This document shows, piece by piece, positions 55,188 to 64,000 of a DNA stretch of 64,000 nucleotides; the stretch's first letter is position 1, and every line of letters begins with the position of its first letter. The stretch is from an uncultured bacterium. Lineage in GTDB: Bacteria > Fidelibacterota > Marinisomatia > Marinisomatales > UBA1611. The stretch is from contig CAWVTW010000001.1 in NCBI GenBank assembly GCA_963933175.1, forward strand, positions 143 through 64,142. Direction: 5' to 3'. The notes below the pieces were generated by a model, which made no database searches, had not been told where the DNA came from, and saw only the letters and a program-made list of their open reading frames with translations. The position numbers and the translations under genes are program-made.

Positions 55188-56611
55188 TAATTGTCTAACT
55201 GAAAACAGAAAGAATGCTGAAGCGGATCACCAACAGTGTTTAATACAAATTCACCTTTATAATTTTTTATTTTCCATGTCACACATAATTCATCACCACC
55301 ATCATCATCAACTTCCATAATACCATATTGACCTCTTACTCCACTTACACCATTTGAATATGGTCCACCTTTAATACTAGGTCTACGATCCAGAGGACCT
55401 GCGTGTAGTATAGGAATAGGTGCGCCTCCTCCTTTAGCATAATCACTATTTGTGCCATCATCAATTGCACTCATGTGTGCATCCCCACTGACAATGCAAA
55501 TAGGGATATCATTTTGCTTAATAAAATTTGCAATATCTTCCCTCTCCTCAGGGTACCATCCCCAATTATCATGATCATCACACTCAAAGCCTTTATTTGT
55601 CTTAATAGTATTTTCATCATCACAATTAAACCACCCTAGATCTGGAGTACTCAAGTATGGAAAACTAGAATGCCATACAACAGCTAGATTTTCATTTTTT
55701 GCATCTAGCAGCTCTTGTTTAAACCAATCCAAATGCTCTTTTGTACCGAAATTTGTGCCTTGTTTAACTTTATTACAATTAGAAGGATTATCACTGTCAC
55801 AGTCACCCTGAAATAAAGGCCTACTTTTTTCTGACCTTAAATCAGTAAGAATATATTTCACTCTACCCACTTTAAATGTTTGCGAGATAACCGCATCTTC
55901 CCCTTGGAAAGCTAAAGGATAATGAGGAACATAATTTCTATAGGATTCTTTCGCAACAGAGCGGCACGCAACTTTTCCATCTTGATTTGGAGATAGCCCA
56001 GAACTATTATTCGGACCATAGTCATGATCGTCCCACATATAAGCTACAGGAGTACTCTTATATAATTTAGATTGTTTTGTTGAACCCAAAGCTGCATTAT
56101 AGTGTGCTAAAAACTCATCATCACAATCTTTATAAATATTTCCATAGTGAAAATCACCAAGCATTAAATAAAACAAAGACTCTTCCTCTCTAATACGATC
56201 ATAGACAGGGTGGTTAGACCCTGTATTAGCACATGTTGCAAGGGTGATTTTATAAGAAAATGGAGAGCTGGAAGGAGTGCTGAATTCTCCTAACATATTA
56301 GACTCTTTATCAACGACACCATTAACAATAAACCTATAATAATACTCAGTTGCCGGTTCAAGATCTGAGAGAGTTATCTTAGAAAAATAATTTAATTCTT
56401 CCAGAGTCTGTACACTCTCAGACAAAAACCTATCCTTTCTAAAGTTTTTTTTATCACTATACTCTATTTTAATATCGGCCTCAGAACTACTTGATAGAGA
56501 TATTACCGCACTATTTTCTAATAATGACCCCGACCAAAAATTAACAATATCAGACGCCCAAACTCGGCTAGTTATAAAAAAGAATGAAAAAACAATAATC
56601 CGAACGTTCAT
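55187..56611 (-). CDS. PhoD-like secreted phosphatase/phosphodiesterase
   Basis: Signal peptide and Fn3-like PhoD_N region. Metallophosphatase motifs are MLGDFHYGN, WDDHDYGPNN and VSGDAHMSAIDDG. Confidence 0.8.
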   Translation of the reverse strand: MNVRIIVFSFFFITSRVWASDIVNFWSGSLLENSAVISLSSSSEADIKIEYSDKKNFRKDRFLSESVQTLEELNYFSKITLSDLEPATEYYYRFIVNGVVDKESNMLGEFSTPSSSPFSYKITLATCANTGSNHPVYDRIREEESLFYLMLGDFHYGNIYKDCDDEFLAHYNAALGSTKQSKLYKSTPVAYMWDDHDYGPNNSSGLSPNQDGKVACRSVAKESYRNYVPHYPLAFQGEDAVISQTFKVGRVKYILTDLRSEKSRPLFQGDCDSDNPSNCNKVKQGTNFGTKEHLDWFKQELLDAKNENLAVVWHSSFPYLSTPDLGWFNCDDENTIKTNKGFECDDHDNWGWYPEEREDIANFIKQNDIPICIVSGDAHMSAIDDGTNSDYAKGGGAPIPILHAGPLDRRPSIKGGPYSNGVSGVRGQYGIMEVDDDGGDELCVTWKIKNYKGEFVLNTVGDPLQHSFCFQLDN

Positions 56612-56614
56612 TTG

Positions 56615-57379
56615 TTACTCCAACATGTTTTCAAAAGGTTTTTTATATGTAAAGCCATCATATCTGTTATTATCATCATGCTTTATTGCCCAGAGATAAT
56701 ACATATAAAATCCAGGTGCAGATGTCTGGCTATGGACCCTCCCACCTGTGATAGATAAGATATCACCATTTTTTATTTTATATACGTCTTCGCCAAGTTC
56801 ACCATGACCATACCCCCATTTAGGAGACAATTCATAATAATATAATTCTGATTGAGAATGATGATGAGGCGGGTAGCTACTCCACTTTCCGGGAAAATTG
56901 AGTACTTCTCCAATTACAAGTTTAGATTCTGGCGGAGTGATAGTTCCATCAAAAGCTAATCGAACTAATCTGTAGCAAGTATCATCTAACTGATCTTTTC
57001 CTCTATGCTCCGTATCTATATTATCTGGGAAATAAATTTTCCCTTTAAATTGATTGCTGTTAATAGTTTTAACAATTGCGACTCGAGTCTTTAATGTTGC
57101 ACTTATTGTAGTCGTTTCACTTGGAGCCATGTGAACAACGGTTGGGTCATAATCAACCCAATTAGGTCTATTAAAAGACAATTGGCTATCTTCAAATGTA
57201 ATAGTTCCAGCACCTTCAATAATTACCAGAGCTATTTCTTTATCTTTATCAGAGATTTCAAAGGTATCTCCATCATCCATTATTAGAATATCAAAATCCA
57301 TACCTGTTTCATCTTGTGTCTCTTGGTATGGATTTATCCCTTTAGTAAATCCAGACCTATAAAGTTTAATTAAGCCCAT
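56615..57379 (-). CDS. iolB: 5-deoxy-glucuronate isomerase
   Basis: Cupin core GKWSSYPPHHHS...ELYYY matches B. subtilis IolB GNWSSYPPHKHD...ETYYH (from memory). 254 aa, in iol context. Confidence 0.8.
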   Translation of the reverse strand: MGLIKLYRSGFTKGINPYQETQDETGMDFDILIMDDGDTFEISDKDKEIALVIIEGAGTITFEDSQLSFNRPNWVDYDPTVVHMAPSETTTISATLKTRVAIVKTINSNQFKGKIYFPDNIDTEHRGKDQLDDTCYRLVRLAFDGTITPPESKLVIGEVLNFPGKWSSYPPHHHSQSELYYYELSPKWGYGHGELGEDVYKIKNGDILSITGGRVHSQTSAPGFYMYYLWAIKHDDNNRYDGFTYKKPFENMLE

Positions 57380-57386
57380 AAATCCC

Positions 57387-58451
57387 CTATTTGTTAATCA
57401 TTCTATCTCGAACAATATTAGCAAACTCATCATAACCCAATAAAAAATTTCTCATTGTATGTTTCGTTGGCCCAAACGATTCAAAATCATTAATTCCCAT
57501 ACCATTCTCATGGTATGCCTTATTAAAATCTTCAAAATTTTCTTTTAGAGTACCAATAATTTCCTCATCAACAGGGATGTTTATTTTATTTTCAACATTG
57601 ATTTCTGAGTTGTTAAATTTATTCCACCAATCATAAGGCATGCTAATAATAACATCCCCACCAACGATTTCAGACCAATGTAAATCACACCGAAAAGCGG
57701 CAGCTAATAACTTAGAATTGTATCCTCTTTCTTGAAATATATTATAAGCATTCTTGAAGATAGCAATAGAAGCCCAATCTATCATTTCAGAACTAACATC
57801 AATATTATTTTCTTCTTTTTTACGCTTCAAATGATCGTCGATACGTCCAACCATAATAGTAACATATGGAGTTAGATTTGTTATATCAATACCTTTATCA
57901 TTTGCGAGAGCAATGCCTCGCTCTACCGCCTCAGCTACTTGAATGGTTTGAGAAACTGAAAAACTTACAGTAGCATTAATTGATATACCATGAGATGTTA
58001 ATTTTTCCATCGCTTCAATGCCAGCAGGAAGAGCAGGACATTTAATAGCAATATTTGGTGCTAGAGATGCTAGATACTTACCCTGCTCAAACATAGCATC
58101 GGCATTCCTATAATATTTAGGGTTGACCTGAAGTGAAAGTTTACCTTTTTCCCCTTTTGTATCATGATAAACTGGTAATAAAATATTGGCTGCTCTTTTT
58201 CCAACCTGGTCCATTAGAAGCCATAAAATTTCATCCTCAGAGGCAGTATGATTACTAGCAATCAGCTTATCAATCACAGGCAACCATGTTTTTGGATGAT
58301 TTTTAACAGTATTCAGTGTTATTACGGGATTAGATGTGGCACCTACTGCCCCCTCTTCATATGCATGTTGTAATTCAACATGATCATTGGAGTCATTCCA
58401 CCAGTCTGATCCTAATTCAGTGGCTTGTTGCATTTTAGTTTTTTCTTTCAT
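57387..58451 (-). CDS. transaldolase-family protein embedded in the iol operon
   Basis: GATSNPVI, LSLQVNP, the Schiff-base lysine context NIAIKCPA, and INATVSFS are transaldolase/FSA class-I aldolase motifs. 354 aa. Confidence 0.75.
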   Translation of the reverse strand: MKEKTKMQQATELGSDWWNDSNDHVELQHAYEEGAVGATSNPVITLNTVKNHPKTWLPVIDKLIASNHTASEDEILWLLMDQVGKRAANILLPVYHDTKGEKGKLSLQVNPKYYRNADAMFEQGKYLASLAPNIAIKCPALPAGIEAMEKLTSHGISINATVSFSVSQTIQVAEAVERGIALANDKGIDITNLTPYVTIMVGRIDDHLKRKKEENNIDVSSEMIDWASIAIFKNAYNIFQERGYNSKLLAAAFRCDLHWSEIVGGDVIISMPYDWWNKFNNSEINVENKINIPVDEEIIGTLKENFEDFNKAYHENGMGINDFESFGPTKHTMRNFLLGYDEFANIVRDRMINK

Positions 58452-58452
58452 T

Positions 58453-59343
58453 CTAGTTATTCCAAATAGTATTTAAATAATTTCTTGAGCGTATTGCATA
58501 TTCAAGTGGGTTTGCAATTTCCGGATCCTGTTCTGCTTCAATAATAACCCAACCAGTATAATTTGATTTAATAATTATTTTACTAATCTCAGAAAAATCT
58601 ATACAACCATCACCAGGCACGGTAAATGCTCCTTTGAGAACAGACTTTAAAAATGAATCTGTTTCAGATTTAATATCCTTGAATACATCATGCCTCACAT
58701 CTTTGAAATGGATATGTTTAATGCGATTCATATTTTTTTTAAAAAATTCAATTGGATTTATTCCTGCAAAATATAAATGACCAGTATCAGCACACAGGTT
58801 TACGCGGTCTGGGAGAGTATCAGATAGTAGTCTGTTGATTTCATCTTCTGTCTGAACATAGGTTCCCATATGATGGTGATAAGCGAGATCTAAATCAAAA
58901 GAGTTACATAATTCTCCAGCTTTGTTTAAGGAACTTGTGAGCCTGTCCCAATCTTGATCATTACAAACTAGCTTATTTGATAAAGGGCTATTTAATTCGC
59001 TGTGAACTGAACCAGAGCATTCTGCTATATTAATTACTTTGGCTCCCGCATCACGAAGAAGCAAAACCTTTTTTTTAATATTTTCTAATTCAATATCAAG
59101 ATCATTTGATAGGAAAAAAGTGGAATGCCATGAAGAAGCAAGTTCTAAATCGAATTTTTTTAATGCTTCTTTTATTAGAACAGCTTCTTTCGGGAATTTA
59201 TTCCCTATTTCAGTACCACTGTATCCTGCTTGCGACATTTCTGAAAGTATAGTTTGTAGAGTATAGCTACCACCTAGCTCATGCATATCATCATTACTCC
59301 AATTAATTGGAGCGATTCCAAATTGAACTCTATTATTAGCCAT
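58453..59343 (-). CDS. iolE: inosose dehydratase
   Basis: N-terminal VQFGIAPINWSNDDMHELGG matches the IolE hallmark (GIAPI.W.NDD). Xylose-isomerase-like TIM barrel. The ATG at 59343 leaves 1 nt after the iolD stop. Confidence 0.85.
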   Translation of the reverse strand: MANNRVQFGIAPINWSNDDMHELGGSYTLQTILSEMSQAGYSGTEIGNKFPKEAVLIKEALKKFDLELASSWHSTFFLSNDLDIELENIKKKVLLLRDAGAKVINIAECSGSVHSELNSPLSNKLVCNDQDWDRLTSSLNKAGELCNSFDLDLAYHHHMGTYVQTEDEINRLLSDTLPDRVNLCADTGHLYFAGINPIEFFKKNMNRIKHIHFKDVRHDVFKDIKSETDSFLKSVLKGAFTVPGDGCIDFSEISKIIIKSNYTGWVIIEAEQDPEIANPLEYAIRSRNYLNTIWNN

Positions 59344-59344
59344 A

Positions 59345-61201
59345 CTAGAAATTTCTCTCATCTTTTATTTTTTCATCATAATCTGATCTTACTTTAGATA
59401 CCTTTTCTGATGAAGAGACCTCAGCAACGGGGACATCCCACCAAGATTCGTAACCAGGTACTTTAATACTAGGATCTACTAGAATCTCTATTAACGTTGA
59501 TAATTCACTCTCCCTGGCATTTTTTAGAGCATCATTAAATTCCTGTTTGGTATTAACTGTTTGAGCATTAATTCCCATAGACCTAGCATGAGCTGCATAA
59601 TCGACAGGAAGCTCACCCCCCGTATAGCTATCTGTTTCACTATCTCTGTATCGATATTGATTCCCGAAACCATTACTACCCAAACTCATAGACAAGCTAT
59701 TAATACTACCAAAACCATTATTATTAACTAATATAATAATAAGCTTTTGATCTTCTTGCACAGCAGTAACAATTTCAGAATTCATCATCAAATATGACCC
59801 ATCTCCAACCAAAACCAGAACTTCTCCAGATTTTTTTGCAAAACGTATACCAAGCCCTCCGGCAATTTCATACCCCATACATGAGTATCCATACTCCATA
59901 TGGTATTGATCACCATTTATTGTTCGCCATAGTTTATGCATATCTCCAGGCAAACTACCCGCAGCACCAATAACAGTATCATCGCTATTCATAGAATCAG
60001 ATAATAAACCAATAACCTCTCCCTGGCTTATATCTGGCTTATTATTAAAATTAAATATTCTATCAACCTCTTTATCCCAACTACCTTTTAAGTTTTGGAT
60101 TTCATTTTGATACTCTTCTGAAACACTAAAGTTAATTTCTTTCAACATACTAGCTAATTGTTCTAAACATACCTTTGAATCCCCAACAATTGGAAGAGCA
60201 GAGTGCTTATATGCATCAAAAGAAGATACATTTATACCAATAAAGGTAACATCCGGATTTTTAAAAAGTGTTTTAGATGCTGTTGTAAAGTCAGATAACC
60301 GTGTCCCTATACAGATAACGAGGTCAGCATCACGAGCAATTATATTTGCAGCACTAGTTCCTGTAACCCCTATTGCACCTAAACAATGACTATTGTTCCA
60401 AGCGATTGCCCCTTTCCCTGCTTGTGTCTCGCCCACAGGTATGCAGGTGTGCCTGCAAAATAAATCAAGGGCTTTCTCAGCTGAAGAATATATTACACCT
60501 CCACCAGCAATAATAACTGGACGAGATGAGTTTTTAATAATATTCACCGACCTTTCTAAAGAATCTTTTATCGGAAGATTCCTGGGAATATTCCAGACCT
60601 TTTTATTAAAAAAGTTTTCTGGATATTCATATGATTCCACTTGGACATCTTGTGGAAGAGATAATGTAACCGCACCAGTGGTAGCAGGATCCGTAAGTAT
60701 TCTCATTGCCTCCGGTAAAGAAGTTAAAATCTGTTCTGGCCTGTTGATTCTATCCCAATAAACACTCACTGGTTTAAAGCTATCATTAACTGAAATATCT
60801 TGAGAACTAGTATATTCCAATTGTTGCAAGACTGGCCCAACATTACGTCTACTAAATACATCTCCAGGCAATAGTAATACAGGAAGTCTATTTATTGTCG
60901 CTCCCGCAGCGGCCGTAACCATATTTGTTGCTCCAGGACCTATGGAACTGGTACATGCAAAAGTCTTCAATCTCCTGTTCTGCTTTGCATACGCAACTGA
61001 TGTATGAACCATCGCTTGCTCATTGCGTGGTAGGAAATGTTTTAATTTTTTATTTTGCTCTAAAGCTTCTCCAATTCCTGCAACGTTTCCATGACCAAAG
61101 ATACCCCACATACCAGAAATGAATTTATTTTCAATACCATCTCTCTCAACAAACTGATTTGCCAAATAATGTACTAATGCTTGGGCCATTGTCATTCTCA
61201 T
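59345..61201 (-). CDS. iolD: 3D-(3,5/4)-trihydroxycyclohexane-1,2-dione acylhydrolase (TPP enzyme)
   Basis: 618 aa. MTMAQALVHYLANQFVERDG....FISGMWGIFGHGNVAGIGEAL is the typical IolD N-terminus. The TPP motif is GDGSYLMMNSEIVTAV....LIIILVNNNGFGSI. Confidence 0.88.
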   Translation of the reverse strand: MRMTMAQALVHYLANQFVERDGIENKFISGMWGIFGHGNVAGIGEALEQNKKLKHFLPRNEQAMVHTSVAYAKQNRRLKTFACTSSIGPGATNMVTAAAGATINRLPVLLLPGDVFSRRNVGPVLQQLEYTSSQDISVNDSFKPVSVYWDRINRPEQILTSLPEAMRILTDPATTGAVTLSLPQDVQVESYEYPENFFNKKVWNIPRNLPIKDSLERSVNIIKNSSRPVIIAGGGVIYSSAEKALDLFCRHTCIPVGETQAGKGAIAWNNSHCLGAIGVTGTSAANIIARDADLVICIGTRLSDFTTASKTLFKNPDVTFIGINVSSFDAYKHSALPIVGDSKVCLEQLASMLKEINFSVSEEYQNEIQNLKGSWDKEVDRIFNFNNKPDISQGEVIGLLSDSMNSDDTVIGAAGSLPGDMHKLWRTINGDQYHMEYGYSCMGYEIAGGLGIRFAKKSGEVLVLVGDGSYLMMNSEIVTAVQEDQKLIIILVNNNGFGSINSLSMSLGSNGFGNQYRYRDSETDSYTGGELPVDYAAHARSMGINAQTVNTKQEFNDALKNARESELSTLIEILVDPSIKVPGYESWWDVPVAEVSSSEKVSKVRSDYDEKIKDERNF

Positions 61202-61220
61202 TCTAGGAGCTTCCGTAATT

Positions 61221-62342
61221 TTATTTACGAATATTGTAAGTATTATTCACTTCAAGTCGTGGTGTAAAAATAGAAGTGATATCCCCCCAAGGAACAGCTT
61301 TATAATTTGTATTATCTTTAGTTCCAGAATTAACATTCGTGTTAACACCATCCTGGACAACAAATATTCCACTGCTAAATTTTCCACCTAAGTTCATATT
61401 GCAAACATCAATACCATCCGTTTCACTTGAACCATCGATAGACATATTATCGGCAATAGAGAATCGTCCAATAAAATCGTTATTCCCTTCACGTTTGTAG
61501 ATAGCATAGGTGTTATCTCCCTGACTAGAAGCAATTAGGTAACCCGTAGAATCTCCGCTATAATATATAGTTAACCCCTCTACATCAGCATAGAGGTTTG
61601 GCCCAATAGTATCTACCAATACGCCAGTAGTTGAACCTTTAGGATCGGCATCAAATTTCCAAATGCCATGATCCTCTTCTCCAATATAAAGCAGGCCTAA
61701 AATATCATCAGCTACACAACCTTCTAATTGCCCTGGGAGCTGTAACGTTCTCACTAATTTTGCATCTACTTTACCATGCCCACCTTCAAAGAGCTCGTAC
61801 TGCTCAACTTTTCCTTCTTTATCATTCACAATTGCATAAAAAACATTACTTGGACTTTTATACATACAAGAACCATACACATCTAACCCTAAAGTTATTT
61901 TTCTTGCTGAAATATTTTCAAGAGAACGCGTCTTAGAATTCATTTTATAGATACCTAGCGAATTGGAGTTTCTTAGTCCGGTGGTTACAACATCTACTAA
62001 AACCCCATCTACTTTCATACCATACCTAAGATCAACATTATTGGCTTTCTCTACTTCTGTTTCAAAAATCTGATGACCTTCTAGATCATACACTCTGAGG
62101 CCAGCTGACTCTTCATCTTTATCTGTTCCAATAATTACAGATAATGACGGATTTGTTGGATGCACCCAGACACAAGGGTCATCTGCAGTATCATCACTAG
62201 CTGGAGTTGGATCAGTTTCTATCGCTGCTGATACTTCACCATTTATTATTCTAATAATTATTTTTTCCGAAGAACAAGCATTCAAAAATAATAGACTAAG
62301 AAGAAAGGTTAATAATTTGAAAGGATTAATAATTGAATACAT
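61221..62342 (-). CDS. beta-propeller phytase (3-phytase, BPP family) lipoprotein
   Basis: Lipobox LFLNACSS. BPP motifs are ADDPCVWVHP, NNVDLRYG, EGCVADDILGLLYIGEEDHGIWKF, VEGLTIYY...GYLIASSQGDNTYAIYKR and SETDGIDV...LG..F..GIFVVQDG.N. Confidence 0.88.
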   Translation of the reverse strand: MYSIINPFKLLTFLLSLLFLNACSSEKIIIRIINGEVSAAIETDPTPASDDTADDPCVWVHPTNPSLSVIIGTDKDEESAGLRVYDLEGHQIFETEVEKANNVDLRYGMKVDGVLVDVVTTGLRNSNSLGIYKMNSKTRSLENISARKITLGLDVYGSCMYKSPSNVFYAIVNDKEGKVEQYELFEGGHGKVDAKLVRTLQLPGQLEGCVADDILGLLYIGEEDHGIWKFDADPKGSTTGVLVDTIGPNLYADVEGLTIYYSGDSTGYLIASSQGDNTYAIYKREGNNDFIGRFSIADNMSIDGSSETDGIDVCNMNLGGKFSSGIFVVQDGVNTNVNSGTKDNTNYKAVPWGDITSIFTPRLEVNNTYNIRK

Positions 62343-62366
62343 TCGAACCTCTTTAAATTGTTATTT

Positions 62367-62382
62367 AATTGTACGTACAATT
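62367..62382. promoter_or_regulatory. perfect 16-bp palindrome AATTGTACGTACAATT, putative operator O1 abutting a TATAAT-like -10 box
   Basis: Read directly. It lies 25 nt upstream of the phytase ATG. The minus strand reads ..TTGGAT-N18-TATAAT followed immediately by the palindrome. Confidence 0.6.
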
Positions 62383-62442
62383 ATAATATAGAAACAAGAT
62401 CACATCCAAACATTAATAAAGGTGAGAAGACGAATTTCAATT

Positions 62443-62458
62443 AATTGTACGTACAATT
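62443..62458. promoter_or_regulatory. second identical 16-bp palindrome AATTGTACGTACAATT, putative operator O2
   Basis: Read directly. It is an exact copy, 76 bp centre-to-centre from O1. Confidence 0.6.
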
Positions 62459-62482
62459 TCATTCAAAAAATAAATGTGTATC

Positions 62483-62516
62483 AAAAAAAAAAGGCATCAA
62501 TTGACACCTTTTTTTT
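62483..62516 (-). terminator. probable rho-independent terminator of the TonB-receptor gene
   Basis: The minus strand reads aaaaaaaaGGTGT-caattg-ATGCCtttttttttt, a 5-bp stem (two G.U pairs) followed by a 10-U run. Confidence 0.5.
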
Positions 62517-62536
62517 AATCAACTTTTGTCTAAAAA

Positions 62537-64000
62537 TTAGAATCTATAGTTTGTTCCAATTTTCACAGTTGGGCCATAGACTTCTTTCTCAACTGGTCTA
62601 CTTACATCTCCCATAAAATAAACATGAGGTACATCTGTAATGTTTAGTACGTCTGCAAAGAAAGTAAGTTTATTGTTAAAGTTGTAACTCAGCGAGAAAT
62701 CTAACCGATTAGCCGGATCATAATAAATATCTTCATCTTTATCTTCACCAACTTCTGTTATGTACTTGTCAGCAATAGATTGTGAAAATCTTGCCGTTAG
62801 TTTACTAGTTTCATAAGCAAAACTAAGGTTTCCTGTATTCGCAGCTTGCCCAGGAAAGGTCGTTTTCTCACGCTCAGGACCATAGTCGGCTTCCGAGGAT
62901 GTAGATGTATAGTTTAAATAAAGTAAAAGATTACTCAATGGTCCAGGTAAAAAATCTAGATTCTTTTGAAAATTCATTTCCCAACCACTTAGAGTAGCAG
63001 CTTCTCCATTAACAGGCATAACTACCTCATCATATACTTTAGCACCATCACGTATTGTTTCATCTTTAAGAACTGCTGTATAGATATAGTTATCAATCGC
63101 CTTACTAAAATAGCCAAAAGAAAAGATTCCTAAGCCTTTTGGATAATACTCTAGCATAAGGTCAATATTTTTTGAATGGGCCGATTCAAGCTCTGGGTTT
63201 CCTGCTTCAGCATCATCACCATCAGTAGCAACAAATGGCACCAATGCAGCAAAGTCTGCTCTTGCGATAGTTTCAGTATAGGCTGCGCGGACCAGGGTTC
63301 TATCATTAACAGCATAGCGAACGTGTGCCATCGGAAGCACATCTGTATAATCCTTAGATACATTTTGTGCTGTAAAAAATGAATCAATACTTGTCGGTAT
63401 ATCATACCCACCATCTTCAGCATCTTCCACATTTCCTAACCAAGATTTATACGTGCTAGATGTATTTTCCATTCTAGCCCCGCCGATAAAGTTCAACTTA
63501 CCCATCTTCATGTCAGCCATGCCATAGAACGCAATAATATCTTCAGTAGCGTCCCACGTTTCAAGGATAGCATCTTCATATAGCGGTAAGATCTCATACG
63601 ATCCAATATTTGCACTCATGTGGTCACGTATTTTCTTAACGTCTATACCATGTGTGTGCACATAGTTACCTTCCATATACTTTTCACCATCAATCTCCAT
63701 GCTGAAATCTTTCATCAAAAGGTCGTCATCACCATCCCACCCCCAGACTTCACCGCCTTTTTTATCTGATTTTTTTTCCTTAGAAGATAGTTTTGCACCC
63801 ATCTTTATTTTTCCATTGGCACTTCCAAGAGCAAGCGGCACAGAAAGGTTAAAGGCCAGAACCTGATCATCGCCTGATACTAAGTTTCCGTTTGGATTTT
63901 TAGCGTCAGGTATATAGTCGCCCTCAATCTCAATCTCATCTAGCTCATAGCTTGAGAGATCATGCTGGTCGAACGCTGCTCCATCTTCATCAGTAAAGTT
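62537..64000 (-). CDS. TonB-dependent receptor, C-terminal barrel portion (N-terminus beyond the right window edge)
   Basis: The track ORF starts at a GTG (63841), but the frame stays open to base 64000. The beta-barrel pattern ends in the terminal ..TVKIGTNYRF (aromatic C-terminus). Confidence 0.8.
   Translation of the reverse strand, partial: NFTDEDGAAFDQHDLSSYELDEIEIEGDYIPDAKNPNGNLVSGDDQVLAFNLSVPLALGSANGKIKMGAKLSSKEKKSDKKGGEVWGWDGDDDLLMKDFSMEIDGEKYMEGNYVHTHGIDVKKIRDHMSANIGSYEILPLYEDAILETWDATEDIIAFYGMADMKMGKLNFIGGARMENTSSTYKSWLGNVEDAEDGGYDIPTSIDSFFTAQNVSKDYTDVLPMAHVRYAVNDRTLVRAAYTETIARADFAALVPFVATDGDDAEAGNPELESAHSKNIDLMLEYYPKGLGIFSFGYFSKAIDNYIYTAVLKDETIRDGAKVYDEVVMPVNGEAATLSGWEMNFQKNLDFLPGPLSNLLLYLNYTSTSSEADYGPEREKTTFPGQAANTGNLSFAYETSKLTARFSQSIADKYITEVGEDKDEDIYYDPANRLDFSLSYNFNNKLTFFADVLNITDVPHVYFMGDVSRPVEKEVYGPTVKIGTNYRF

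Overview
This is an AT-rich, gene-dense chromosomal segment transcribed almost entirely on the minus strand. I infer an FCB-superphylum bacterium (Bacteroidota, Ignavibacteria or Marinimicrobia-like) from T9SS-type C-terminal sorting domains, a GWxTD protein and CarboxypepD_reg-type TonB receptors. Gene order is as follows. A partial lipoprotein, a GT5-only glycogen-synthase-like gene and a cpoB-like gene are followed by the cell-shape cluster rodA-mrdA-mreD-mreC-mreB. Next come a decayed RNase H remnant, a Cas4/AddB-like PD-(D/E)XK nuclease, a GWxTD protein, a beta-propeller protein, rfaE, a degenerate ABC ATPase and trxB-trxA. A long surface and proteolysis block follows: His-rich repeat lipoprotein, transglutaminase-like protein, M14 peptidase, 1057-aa T9SS cargo, TonB receptor and lipoprotein. 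A roughly 3.5-kb islet (GH53 galactanase and an MFS transporter) lies between an intact tRNA-Leu and a diverged copy of its 3' half, with tRNA-Cys adjacent. Then come pepF with a Yej/Opp-type peptide ABC importer, and two tandem Big_7/Fn3 repeat lipoproteins. After tRNA-Gly there is a MauE/DoxX, rhodanese and lipoprotein trio. Its first gene appears to contain an in-frame UGA followed by an fdhF-like SECIS hairpin, making it a candidate selenoprotein that the ORF track truncates. The window ends with yciH, speB, an esterase and an organophosphate locus: TonB receptor, beta-propeller phytase, iolD, iolE, a transaldolase-family gene, iolB, PhoD, a GlpT-like antiporter, a PLC-like phosphodiesterase and an MFS transporter. 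Twin perfect 16-bp palindromes sit in that locus's promoter. I saw no CRISPR array, integrase, transposase or rRNA. All calls rest on reading the supplied translations and the DNA by eye; no searches were run.
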